DNA of 48,718 nucleotides, from positions 1 through 48,718 of the forward strand of contig JAHQWI010000057.1 in the NCBI GenBank assembly GCA_029856085.1, written 5' to 3'. Source of the stretch: Promethearchaeia archaeon. GTDB taxonomy: Archaea; Asgardarchaeota; Lokiarchaeia; Sigyniarchaeales; SOKP01. Position 1 is the stretch's first letter; every line of letters begins with the position of its first letter. The notes below the pieces were generated by a model. The model was not told the origin of the DNA, searched no databases, and was given only the letters and a program-made list of their open reading frames with translations. Shown here piece after piece: positions 39,504-48,718 of the stretch. The translations under genes and the position numbers were made by a program.

Positions 39504-40264
39504 TGGTAGAAAAACATAAATTTTTGGTTTATAGAAATTCTGGTAATGGAAAAAGTCATTATGACAAATTCGAATTTCCAGTTTCAAAGGGAATGAGTAT
39601 TTTAGATGCTCTTTTTTATATACAGGATTATTTTGATTCAACCCTAGCTTTTCGTTATGCGTGTAGGGGAGCAATTTGTGGATCATGTGGAATGACTATA
39701 GATAAAGTACCCTTGCTCGCGTGTAGAACTCAAGTCTCAACCGTCAAAACTTCAAAAAAACCTGCTAAATTACCCGAGTTTAAGTTTAGTGATCATCCAG
39801 AGTGGGATCCAGAAACTGAAATCTTAATTGAACCGTTACCCAATATGTCTGTTTTAAAAGATTTAGTGGTTGACATGGAACCTTTCTGGAAATTTTATAG
39901 AGAAATAGAACCATATTTCGCAAGAAAATGGAATGATGTAGCTCCTGAATCATTACAATCAACTGGACAAATGAAGACCATCGAGAGATTAGTTTATTGT
40001 ATCTTATGTGGATTGTGTTGGGCTTGTCCAGTTAGCAAAGAGAATCCTAATTATCTTGGACCCGCTCAACTAGCTAAAGCTGATAGATTTATTAGGGATT
40101 CTAGAATATCAGATGATAGGCAAGAATCAATCCTTTCGCGTGTCTTACAAGATGATGCAGTTCCTGCATGTGAGAAATTCTTCGTTTGTAATAGGGTTTG
40201 CCCTAAACGCGTTATGCCCGGAACTGCTATTAAAGATATCAGAAATAATTGGATCAATGAATAA
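39503..40264 (+). CDS. sdhB: Succinate dehydrogenase/fumarate reductase Fe-S subunit
   Basis: CRGAICGSC..LAC, IEPL..DLVVD, CILCGLCWACP, CEKFFVCNRVCP; TAATG coupling to sdhA. Confidence 0.92.
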   Translation: MVEKHKFLVYRNSGNGKSHYDKFEFPVSKGMSILDALFYIQDYFDSTLAFRYACRGAICGSCGMTIDKVPLLACRTQVSTVKTSKKPAKLPEFKFSDHPEWDPETEILIEPLPNMSVLKDLVVDMEPFWKFYREIEPYFARKWNDVAPESLQSTGQMKTIERLVYCILCGLCWACPVSKENPNYLGPAQLAKADRFIRDSRISDDRQESILSRVLQDDAVPACEKFFVCNRVCPKRVMPGTAIKDIRNNWINE

Positions 40265-40304
40265 AAATTAAATTTTTTAATTTATGTTTTTCTTATGCTT
40301 CTTT

Positions 40305-40886
40305 TTATATTTTTATTGAGAGTAATCTATCAAGTGTAGTTTTAAGTCCTAATTGATCAGCTTTACTAATTAAGAAAGATAAATCAATCTCTTCTTTATT
40401 TGCATGGAATAATGTCAAAAAATCGATAATATCTTGATATTCCAACAATTCTGAACTGGGAATATCATCAATTAAGCCCATATATAATATTTTGCCAATT
40501 AGCACATATTCTAACGGTGCTATGCATAAATTTTTTCCAAGAATGTTCTTTCTTTTGGCGTTGTTTAAGACTTCATGTTCATGTTTCTTATCAGCAACTT
40601 TTACATCTAACCTTAAAAAACTCCTTTTATCAAATATAGAGATATTTGTCTTTTCTTGGTAAGCTAATTTAAATTGATCATCTAGCACATCAAATTCATA
40701 AGCTTTTAACAATCCTATAAATTGAGAAATTTTAGACATGTCATCTTCAATAATAATATCAATGTCTTGGGTTGTTCTTACATGACCATAATGGATTACA
40801 GCAATTCCTCCTACGATTACATGTCTAATTTTAGTTGCTTCAAAAATTATTTCTAAACGAGATAAAACATTTTCTATTTCAGCCAA
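40305..40886 (-). CDS. Nucleotidyltransferase, MenT1/DUF6036-like putative toxin
   Basis: VIVGGIAV...RTTQDIDI, PLEYVLIGK, QDIID, IDLSFL. Confidence 0.8.
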   Translation of the reverse strand: MAEIENVLSRLEIIFEATKIRHVIVGGIAVIHYGHVRTTQDIDIIIEDDMSKISQFIGLLKAYEFDVLDDQFKLAYQEKTNISIFDKRSFLRLDVKVADKKHEHEVLNNAKRKNILGKNLCIAPLEYVLIGKILYMGLIDDIPSSELLEYQDIIDFLTLFHANKEEIDLSFLISKADQLGLKTTLDRLLSIKI

Positions 40887-41178
40887 AATTATTATACCTC
40901 TTTCTGTTTGATCTAATCTTCTTTTTAAAGGTTATATTATTTCTTACTATTTTTTGAATTTCCTCTTCAGATAGTTTGACATTCCTCATAGATATTCCCT
41001 CTTTTATTAATTCAAAAACTTCATGAATGAATTTATCAGCGATTTCAAGGATATCAACATCTTTCTTAATCAGTCTCTTTGCGGCTTCGATTTCTTTTTG
41101 AACTTTTTGTTTTCTTAGTAAGTATAGATTATTTCTAGAGATTAATTCATTTTCATATTCAGTAGAGTCAGAATCCAT
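40879..41178 (-). CDS. Small helical protein, putative antitoxin (MenA1-like)
   Basis: 99 aa, overlaps the NTase start by 8 nt; EGISMRNVKLSEEEI segment. Confidence 0.65.
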   Translation of the reverse strand: MDSDSTEYENELISRNNLYLLRKQKVQKEIEAAKRLIKKDVDILEIADKFIHEVFELIKEGISMRNVKLSEEEIQKIVRNNITFKKKIRSNRKRYNNFG

Positions 41179-41314
41179 TATTGTTAAATTCTCCCTTTGT
41201 TTTTAAGCTATCTCTTAAAGAAAAATTATAATTTATCTATATATATTTATATTCAACTAATTTAATTATTTTAATCTTCAAAGATTAATAAAAGAAAAAG
41301 ATAATTGGATAAAA

Positions 41315-42781
41315 ATGAGCTTAAAGGAAAAATATAAACCGACATGGAATTCTTTAAAGAAGCATAGAACTCCGGAGTGGATAGATGACGCAAAATTTGG
41401 AATTTATTACCATTGGGGTGTTTATTCTGTTCCCGCTTGTGGTCCTAACGTCAGTTGGTATCCGTTCTGGATGTATAGGAAAGGATCTCGACAATATGAA
41501 TACCATGTTAATCATTATGGAGATCCATCTGAATTTGGCTATAAAGATTTAATACCATTATTCACAGCGGAAAAATTCAATCCCGATGAGTGGGCAAAAT
41601 TATTTAAAGATGCAGGAGCTAAATTCGCCGGTCCTGTTGCGATTCATCATGATTCCTTTGCCATGTGGGATAGTAAGGTAACTAAATGGAATGCTGCCAA
41701 TATGGGTCCAAAGAGGGATACTGTCGGTGAAATGGAAAAAGCGATAAGAAAGCAGGGTATGAAATTTATGGTTGCATTCCATCATGCTGCAAATTGGTTC
41801 TTCTTTCCACATTCTATTCCTGAATATGATACTTCAAATCCAGAATTCGCAGGGTTATATGGCGTGAGATACAATGGGAAATATAAACGATATCAGGTAT
41901 GGCCAAATAAAGAATTTCTTGATTGGTGGAAAGCTATTGTTATTGAAGTAATTGATAAATATAAACCTGATCTTATATGGTGGGATTTTGGGTTAGGAAA
42001 GATTAATGAAAAATATAAAAAAGAAGTCTTGGCATATTATTTTAACAGTGCGGATGAATGGGGAAAAGAGGTTGAAATACTCTATAAAATGAACAACATT
42101 CCCCCTGGAGCTGGGGTAGTTGATTACGAAGTGGGACGGGCAAATAAATTAACATATTTTAAATGGATAACAGATACTTCTGTAGATATTAATGCTCAAA
42201 GTACAGCCTGGGGTTATGCTCGAGAAGCAGGTGTAAAGTCATCTAGAATACTCGTTCATAATTTCATTGATCGAGTGGCAAAACACGGTTATTTAGTTAT
42301 TAATGTGGGTCCAAAAGCTGATGGTACTATACCAGAGCTTCATCAAGAAGCATTACTGGATATGGGAAAGTGGATGGAACTTAACGGGGAGGCTATTTAT
42401 GGAAGTACCCCCTGGTCGATTGCTGAAGAAGGACCTACGAAATTGGAAGAGGGTGGTATGTTTTCTGAAAGAAGTGATCGACCGTACACTCCAGAAGATA
42501 TCCGGTTCACAGTGAAGGATAATGCACTTTATGCAATTGTATTAGGATGGCCTTATAGACCAAAATGGACAATTTCAACCCTTAGAAAATCTTTAATAAA
42601 TGTAGATCAAAATGAAAATAATTCAATCCACCTTATCACAGAGGAAGAAATCAAATCTATCAAAATGTTGGGAGTTAATCAAGATCTTAGATGGACATTA
42701 GACGATGATGGCTTACATATAGAAGTTCCAGATAAAAAACCATGCGATCACGCAGTAACTTTCAAAATTAGTTGGAATTAG
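41315..42781 (+). CDS. Alpha-L-fucosidase, GH29
   Basis: WIDDAKFGIYYHWGVYSVP, HHDSFAMW, PDLIWWD, INVGPKADGTIP, NGEAIYG. Confidence 0.95.
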   Translation: MSLKEKYKPTWNSLKKHRTPEWIDDAKFGIYYHWGVYSVPACGPNVSWYPFWMYRKGSRQYEYHVNHYGDPSEFGYKDLIPLFTAEKFNPDEWAKLFKDAGAKFAGPVAIHHDSFAMWDSKVTKWNAANMGPKRDTVGEMEKAIRKQGMKFMVAFHHAANWFFFPHSIPEYDTSNPEFAGLYGVRYNGKYKRYQVWPNKEFLDWWKAIVIEVIDKYKPDLIWWDFGLGKINEKYKKEVLAYYFNSADEWGKEVEILYKMNNIPPGAGVVDYEVGRANKLTYFKWITDTSVDINAQSTAWGYAREAGVKSSRILVHNFIDRVAKHGYLVINVGPKADGTIPELHQEALLDMGKWMELNGEAIYGSTPWSIAEEGPTKLEEGGMFSERSDRPYTPEDIRFTVKDNALYAIVLGWPYRPKWTISTLRKSLINVDQNENNSIHLITEEEIKSIKMLGVNQDLRWTLDDDGLHIEVPDKKPCDHAVTFKISWN

Positions 42782-42841
42782 TCTGGTTTTTAAAAATTTT
42801 TTTTACCAAATTTTTTTAAGAATATTAGATAACAGATATCT

Positions 42842-45136
42842 ATGAATACCAGATTATTAGAATCTAAAAAGATTATTAGAAATACTGTTAATCGAGTTCA
42901 ATATATAAAACAAGAAGGAAATTCTTTTATTTTCAAAACTGAGGGGCGGTCTTACCCTAAAAAAATTCAAGAACTTCTTCCTAGGAACAAAGTACAAGAA
43001 GCTGATAAATTTAATGGTTTCTTACAAATAGAAATTCTTTCAGATACAATTTTTAGAATTCGTTATAAAGAAGCTGATACCATTGAAGAAAATGAAACCC
43101 CTATGGTTATTGGCACATTCGAAGGCCCTCAAAATATAGATATTTCGATATTGAAAGACAAGATTGAAATAAAAACTAATCAGATAAATATAAATATAAT
43201 TCTATATCCTTTTAGAGTTCAAGTAAACAATTTTACTGAAAAAAAATTATGTGGAATTGGAGGTTTTGAAAAACATGATTTCAGGCAATGGGATTCATTT
43301 AATACGGGAATTTGCTATTCACAAAGTGATAAATCTCCAATTGCCGTTGAATTGTTTGATCTCGATCCTCATGAAGCGATTTATGGATTTGGGGAAAAAT
43401 TTACGCGATTAAATAAGGTTGGGCAAACTATTGATATTTTAACTGAGGAAGCTTCTGGTACAATGTCTCCACGGACTTATAAACCTATACCGTTTTTTGT
43501 AAGCACTAAAGGATATGGGGTATTTTTTAACCATTCAAGTCTGATGACATGTTGGGTTGGCAGTTTAAGCTCTGGAGATATTCAGATTGCAATCGAAGAT
43601 AATTTTCTAGATTATTTTGTCATTTTGGGAGACATTAAGGAGATTCTTTCCCAATATACAGATATTACTGGTAAGGGCGTAGTACCTCCAAAATGGAGCT
43701 TTGGGTATTGGCAATCTAAAATCTCGTATAAAAGTGCACAAGAAACTCTGAAAATAGCCCGAAAACTTAGAGAAAATAAAATACCTTGTGATGTAATTCA
43801 TTTAGACACCTTTTGGTTTAAAGAAGATTGGTACTGCGATCTTGAAATGGATAAAGAGAGGTTCCCAGATCCTGAAGCCTATTTTAACGAAATGGCTAAA
43901 ATGGGTTTTAAAATTTCTTTATGGCAATTACCTTATATTCCAGAAGGTTCTCAATATTTCGAGGAACTAAAAGCGGTTGATGGTTTTGTAAAAACTAGTG
44001 ATGGTGAAATATATGATACTGGCATAATTTTTAGCAAAGAAAAAAGACTCGCGGCATGTATTGATTTTACTAACCCCAAAGCGGTTGAGGTTTATCAAAA
44101 ATGGATTGGCAGACTCCTTAAATTAGGAGCTAAAGTAATTAAAGTTGACTTCGGGGAACAAGCACCTATAGATGGTATTTATCATAATGGTAAAACAGGT
44201 CGTCGAATGCATAATTTATATCCTCTTCTTTATAACCAAGCAGCAGCTAAAATAACAAAAGAAATACATGAAATAGGATTTATTTGGGCAAGATCGGCAT
44301 GGGCAGGTTCACAACGTTATCCTGTTCATTGGGGGGGTGATAGCTCAGCTAACTGGTTTAATTTGATACCAACCCTTGAGGCAGGACTTTCATTTGGACT
44401 TTCTGGATTCCAATTTTGGAGTGAAGATATTGGCGGCTTCACAGGCAGTACTGGTGGAGATCTATTAATTCGTTGGATGCAAATGGGATTATTTCATTCT
44501 CATAGTAGGATTCATGGGACTTTTAAAAGGGAATTATATAGGTTTAATAAAAATGTTATAAAAATTTGTAGTGATTACATTAACTTACGATATCAATTAA
44601 TCCCATACATTTATGGATCTGCAATAAAATGTGTTAAAGCTTCTTTACCGATGACTAGAGCACTAGTAATTGAATTTCAAGACGATCCAACTGTATGGAA
44701 TATTGGTGATCAATTTTTATTTGGAGATTTCTTTTTAGTAGCCCCAATTTATAGAGCTGATAATAGTAGAGCTATTTATTTTCCTGAAGGAACCTGGATT
44801 GATTGGTGGACTGGAGATAAAATTAAAGGAAAGCAATGGATTGACATTGATTCAGATATTGACAAACTGCCTCTTTATGTAAGGGAGGGAGCGATAATTC
44901 CAATGAGTCCTATCATGCAATACATTGATGAATTTGAAATTAGGGAAATTGAATTATATATTGCACCCTTTCAAAGAGATGGAATAACTGAATTCATCGT
45001 ACCAGTAAATAATGAAATGATCAAAGTTGAGTATACAGCTTTAAGTGGAGAGCATAATATAAAGATAGAAAAGAGTAAGGTTAAATTTAAGATTGTAGTA
45101 ATGGGGGATGAAGAGTTAAAAATTAATAAGGAATAA
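42842..45136 (+). CDS. GH31 alpha-xylosidase/alpha-glucosidase (YicI-like)
   Basis: YGFGE, IHLD..W, KVDFGE nucleophile, WGGD, DIGGF, SRIHG. Confidence 0.93.
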   Translation: MNTRLLESKKIIRNTVNRVQYIKQEGNSFIFKTEGRSYPKKIQELLPRNKVQEADKFNGFLQIEILSDTIFRIRYKEADTIEENETPMVIGTFEGPQNIDISILKDKIEIKTNQININIILYPFRVQVNNFTEKKLCGIGGFEKHDFRQWDSFNTGICYSQSDKSPIAVELFDLDPHEAIYGFGEKFTRLNKVGQTIDILTEEASGTMSPRTYKPIPFFVSTKGYGVFFNHSSLMTCWVGSLSSGDIQIAIEDNFLDYFVILGDIKEILSQYTDITGKGVVPPKWSFGYWQSKISYKSAQETLKIARKLRENKIPCDVIHLDTFWFKEDWYCDLEMDKERFPDPEAYFNEMAKMGFKISLWQLPYIPEGSQYFEELKAVDGFVKTSDGEIYDTGIIFSKEKRLAACIDFTNPKAVEVYQKWIGRLLKLGAKVIKVDFGEQAPIDGIYHNGKTGRRMHNLYPLLYNQAAAKITKEIHEIGFIWARSAWAGSQRYPVHWGGDSSANWFNLIPTLEAGLSFGLSGFQFWSEDIGGFTGSTGGDLLIRWMQMGLFHSHSRIHGTFKRELYRFNKNVIKICSDYINLRYQLIPYIYGSAIKCVKASLPMTRALVIEFQDDPTVWNIGDQFLFGDFFLVAPIYRADNSRAIYFPEGTWIDWWTGDKIKGKQWIDIDSDIDKLPLYVREGAIIPMSPIMQYIDEFEIREIELYIAPFQRDGITEFIVPVNNEMIKVEYTALSGEHNIKIEKSKVKFKIVVMGDEELKINKE

Positions 45137-45230
45137 CGTTATTAAATTTAAGAAATCTCCCGAATCAAATTAATAACAGTAAAGATTTTTTCCTTCAATT
45201 CGGAAATTTGATAAGGATTTATTAATTCAT

Positions 45231-46079
45231 CTATTTCCATCTATCGAGAGTAGGATTCCACATTCCTATATATAATTTTTCATCAAAACTATTAAGAAGA
45301 GACATATCTCCTTCAGATAGGGTAAAATCGAAGATTTGAGAATTTTCTATTATATGTTCTTCTTTTGATGATTTAGGGATTACAATGATATTATGTTGTA
45401 AACCCCATCGGATTAATATTTGAGCAGTAGTTTTATTATATTTTTGAGCTACTTCCATGAGTTTTTTATCGCCTAATTTTCTTCCACGGGTTAAGGGACT
45501 ATAAGCTTCAAGTCTGATGTCATGATTTTCACAAAAATCTTTTAAATCTTTCAAATATAGATAAGGGGTAAGTTCAACTTGATTAACTGTTGGTATAACA
45601 TCCGTTTCATTTAGTAACTCTTCAAGATGATGTTGATAGTAGTTACTTACGCCTATAGAACGAGCTTTTCCATCTTTAAAAATTTTCTCTAGAGCTTTCC
45701 ACGCATCTTGTCGATGGGTTGGTTCTGGCCAATGTAGTAGATAAAGATCGACGTAGTCTAAATTTAAACTTTTTAGGCTTCTCTCAAATGCTTTCAGTGC
45801 TTTATCATATTGAAATGATGATATCCAAAGCTTAGTTGTAACAAAAATTTCTTCTCGTTTTAAATCGTATTCCTGCATTGCGTTCTTTATACCTTGACCA
45901 ACGCTCTTTTCATTACCATATATCGTTGCGGTATCAAAATGCCGATACCCCGCACTAATAGCCCAATGAATGGCATTTGCTACGGCATTTCCATCCGAAA
46001 TTTCCCATGTGCCTAACCCTAAAAGTGGTATTTCAACACCATTATTTAATTTAATTTTGGAGTTTATGTTTAAATCCAT
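45231..46079 (-). CDS. Aldo/keto reductase
   Basis: GLGTW, GYRHFDTATIY, TTKLW, DLYLLHWP, IGVSN, IPKS. Confidence 0.96.
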   Translation of the reverse strand: MDLNINSKIKLNNGVEIPLLGLGTWEISDGNAVANAIHWAISAGYRHFDTATIYGNEKSVGQGIKNAMQEYDLKREEIFVTTKLWISSFQYDKALKAFERSLKSLNLDYVDLYLLHWPEPTHRQDAWKALEKIFKDGKARSIGVSNYYQHHLEELLNETDVIPTVNQVELTPYLYLKDLKDFCENHDIRLEAYSPLTRGRKLGDKKLMEVAQKYNKTTAQILIRWGLQHNIIVIPKSSKEEHIIENSQIFDFTLSEGDMSLLNSFDEKLYIGMWNPTLDRWK

Positions 46080-46121
46080 AATTTCTCACCTCACTGTTTT
46101 TTCAACCAATTTTTCATGTTT

Positions 46122-47912
46122 TTAATCAACTCTTTTTGTTGAAGCTGCCATTTTATTAGGATCTGACATTACTTCAACAATCGAAGGCTTTCCAGAACTT
46201 AAAGCTTGCTGTAAAGCATCATCCATTTTATCTGGAGTTTCAACCCTAATTCCAAAGCCCCCACAAGATCGAGCAAACTCAGCAAAGTTAGGATTAGGAA
46301 ACTCGACGCCATAGATTGGATAACCATCACGTATTAATTCTTTTTTGATATTCTTTAAAACACAGTCATGGAATAAAACAACTACAATGTTCAAATTTTC
46401 TCGTACTGTTGTTGTAAAATCAGCCATTAGCATAGCGAATCCTCCATCGCTCGCAAGGCAAATAACCTGTCTTTCGGGATAATTTATTTTCGCTGCAATT
46501 GACGCAGGCAAAGCAAAACCCATACTTGCCATATTTGCATTTAGATAAGTTTTATGTCCTTCGCAAATGAATTTCTTATAGAAATGATATGTATGATCAC
46601 CCACATCCACACATATGATTGCATCCTTTTCTAAAATTCTCCTCATAGATTGAATAACATACCCTGGATTTATTGGAACCGATAAATCCTTTGCTTCTAA
46701 TTCAAGTTCAGCCATATGTTCTTGTTTCATTTTAAAAACGTGTGATAAAAAATCATTGTTTTCCTGTTTTACTTCTACTAAAGGTAATAATTTCTCAAGA
46801 ATGAGTTTGCCATCACCTATTAATCCAACATCAACATCAAAGGTTTTACCTATACGAGTTGGGTCATGATCGATTTGTAATATTTTTACGTTTGAAGGTA
46901 CGAGATTTGCTTGTCTAAAACCTGAGCCAATAATTATTATTAAATCACATTCTCGAATAGCCATAGCTGAATATTTTGTCCCTATTGAGCCTAATACACC
47001 CACAGCATATTTATGTGTTTCATGAACAACACCTTTAACTCGTGAGGTAGTGGCAATTGGAGCTTTCAATTTCTCTGAGAGATCAATAAGTAGTTTTCCA
47101 GCATATCTCGATCCCCATCCCCCGAATACTACTGGTCTGGTGCATTTATTGATTAGATCTGCCGCTTTTTGTATTTCTTCATCAGTTGATATAACATTAC
47201 TTTTAAACAATCGTTTTTCTGGTTGGATTATTTTATCATCTAATTTATCAACAAGAACATCTGTCGGGCAACTTAAAACAGCTACTCCTGGTTTCTTGAG
47301 TGCATATTTTGCTGCCATCATTGTAAGCTTAATTGCCTGATTCGATCTTGCAATAGTTTCAGCATATTCTGCAAAGGGTCGAAATAATGTAATTTGGTCT
47401 ATCTCTTGAAAAGCTTCACTACCTAAGTAAACTTCAGCAATTTGACCTACAAGTGCTAAAACGGGGCTTCTATCAGTTGCAGAGTCCATTAATCCAGTAA
47501 TTAAATTAGTGGCTCCAGGTCCAGCAATAGACATACAAACACCTAACTTACCGGTAATCTTTCCGTGAGCAGAAGCAATGAAGGCAGCTGTTTCTTCATG
47601 TCTAGTTAAAATAAAATCAATCTTCTCGTTTTCACGAATTGCATTAACTAAAGGAAGATTAGAATCTCCAGGAATTCCAAAAACGTGCTTAACCCCAAAA
47701 GCAACTAATTGCTCAATAATTTTTTCTGCTACATTTGTGGTGATGCTTTCATCCACTTTGCTTACTCCCTCTGGAACAAAAGCACTTTTTGGAGCACCGC
47801 AAACAGGACATGTCCAAGAGTCAGATAAAACGGCAAATTTTTTACCCTCGTTTTTCTCATCATAAATAAAATTACAAACCGAGCATCTAAATCTAGCCAA
47901 AATTTTCACCAA
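46122..47912 (-). CDS. Rubredoxin fused to a TPP-dependent enzyme (pyruvate oxidase/acetolactate synthase family)
   Basis: CSVCNFIYD...WTCPVCGA; FGIPGDS, RHEE, GPGATN, FQEID, SMGFALP, SDGGF. Confidence 0.9.
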   Translation of the reverse strand: MVKILARFRCSVCNFIYDEKNEGKKFAVLSDSWTCPVCGAPKSAFVPEGVSKVDESITTNVAEKIIEQLVAFGVKHVFGIPGDSNLPLVNAIRENEKIDFILTRHEETAAFIASAHGKITGKLGVCMSIAGPGATNLITGLMDSATDRSPVLALVGQIAEVYLGSEAFQEIDQITLFRPFAEYAETIARSNQAIKLTMMAAKYALKKPGVAVLSCPTDVLVDKLDDKIIQPEKRLFKSNVISTDEEIQKAADLINKCTRPVVFGGWGSRYAGKLLIDLSEKLKAPIATTSRVKGVVHETHKYAVGVLGSIGTKYSAMAIRECDLIIIIGSGFRQANLVPSNVKILQIDHDPTRIGKTFDVDVGLIGDGKLILEKLLPLVEVKQENNDFLSHVFKMKQEHMAELELEAKDLSVPINPGYVIQSMRRILEKDAIICVDVGDHTYHFYKKFICEGHKTYLNANMASMGFALPASIAAKINYPERQVICLASDGGFAMLMADFTTTVRENLNIVVVLFHDCVLKNIKKELIRDGYPIYGVEFPNPNFAEFARSCGGFGIRVETPDKMDDALQQALSSGKPSIVEVMSDPNKMAASTKRVD

Positions 47913-48047
47913 GTTATAAAGAATACAATATTGATTTAAAGTTATCTACGGAAATAATGAGAAATAAACTTTAGGTATATAAACTATAAGTTTTTATTAC
48001 CACCAAAATTAATTCCTTTTAATTCAATACATTAAAATTGATACAAA

Positions 48048-48718
48048 ATGTCTGAAGAAATTATTAGGAAAAGATTTCCTCAATTTAAGAGCGAATTTGC
48101 TGAAGTTAACAACATCAAACTTCACTATGTTAAAGCAGGTCCGGAGGAAGGAAAGCTAATTGTTTTTTTGCATGGATTTCCCCAGTTTTGGTATATGTGG
48201 AGAGATCAGCTTTTAGAATTTTCAAAAGATTATTTGGCAGTTGCTCCAGATATGAGGGGATATAATCTCTCATCCAAACCCGAGGGGATAGAACAATATC
48301 AACCCCAACATATAGTTGAGGATCTAAGAGCATTAGTTGAAGAACATTTTGAACGTAAGAGCTTTATATTAGTTGGGCATGACTGGGGTGGTGTTATTGC
48401 TTATCCCTTTGCGAGTGCGTATCCAAATTTGGTTGAAAAGCTAATCATTATCAATGCTCCTCATCCAAATGTATTTGCGAAATTATTAGCAAATAATAAA
48501 TCTCAACAATCTTCAAGTTCATATGTATTATTTTTTAGATCACAAAAGGCTGAGGAAGTATTGTCTGCAAATAATTATGCTGCTTTGTTGGGCGTAATTG
48601 CTACTCCTGAAATGGAATTTAGTGATGATGATCGCCAAATGTATATAGAATCATGGTCTCAGCAAGGTGCTTTAACTGGAGGACTGAATTATTATCGAGC
48701 TGGTGGATTACGTCCTCC
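48048..48718 (+). CDS. Alpha/beta hydrolase, epoxide-hydrolase-like (3' end beyond window)
   Basis: LHGFPQFWYMW, APDMRGYNLS, VGHDWGG; absent from the ORF track because it has no stop in the window. Confidence 0.9.
   Translation, partial: MSEEIIRKRFPQFKSEFAEVNNIKLHYVKAGPEEGKLIVFLHGFPQFWYMWRDQLLEFSKDYLAVAPDMRGYNLSSKPEGIEQYQPQHIVEDLRALVEEHFERKSFILVGHDWGGVIAYPFASAYPNLVEKLIIINAPHPNVFAKLLANNKSQQSSSSYVLFFRSQKAEEVLSANNYAALLGVIATPEMEFSDDDRQMYIESWSQQGALTGGLNYYRAGGLRP

Noticed and set aside
1012-48333. Many 60-180 aa ORFs overlapping annotated genes (for example 3721..3963, 11814..12233, 32133..32666, 35441..35890, 48130..48333)
   Set aside because: Antisense or alternate-frame shadows of well-supported genes; similarity among some of them only mirrors the paralogous crotonases
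1-48718. CRISPR arrays, tRNA, rRNA, prophage genes
   Set aside because: No regularly spaced repeats, GC-rich structured RNA segments or viral hallmark genes were seen by eye

Overview
AT-rich (visibly low-GC) archaeal DNA, most likely Asgard/Lokiarchaeia. This is inferred from a Loki-CTERM-like IPGF-TM-basic tail, expanded acyl-CoA paralogs, frequent TTG starts and oligo-T terminators. Bases 1-14.8 kb are an acyl-CoA/lipid catabolic cluster: Cys-less thiolase-like protein, SCP2, FabK/NMO, 3-hydroxyacyl-CoA dehydrogenase, three crotonases, two acyl-CoA ligases, hydratase-2 and an alkyl-sulfatase-like MBL, littered with gene relics. Bases 14.9-31.9 kb hold a URO-D-family gene and a GH94-like phosphorylase divergent from an Opp/Dpp-type ABC importer whose two ATPases carry N-terminal membrane domains, then an ISH3-type IS, the inverted solute-binding protein gene, TetR, PHP and a TIM-barrel gene. 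Bases 32-48.7 kb hold a crotonase pseudogene, sucCD (sucC apparently starting at ATT), a GPH transporter, ferredoxin-nitroreductase, anchorless sdhAB flanked by two small-gene/nucleotidyltransferase (MenAT1-like) modules, GH29, GH31, AKR, a rubredoxin-TPP fusion and a partial epoxide-hydrolase-like gene. A palindrome TGTTAC-N5-GTAACA recurs six times in four promoter regions and links the lipid genes, the glycoside phosphorylase and the unusual ABC importer into a predicted TetR regulon. No rRNA, tRNA or CRISPR was seen. All family calls come from motif recognition by eye; no searches were run.
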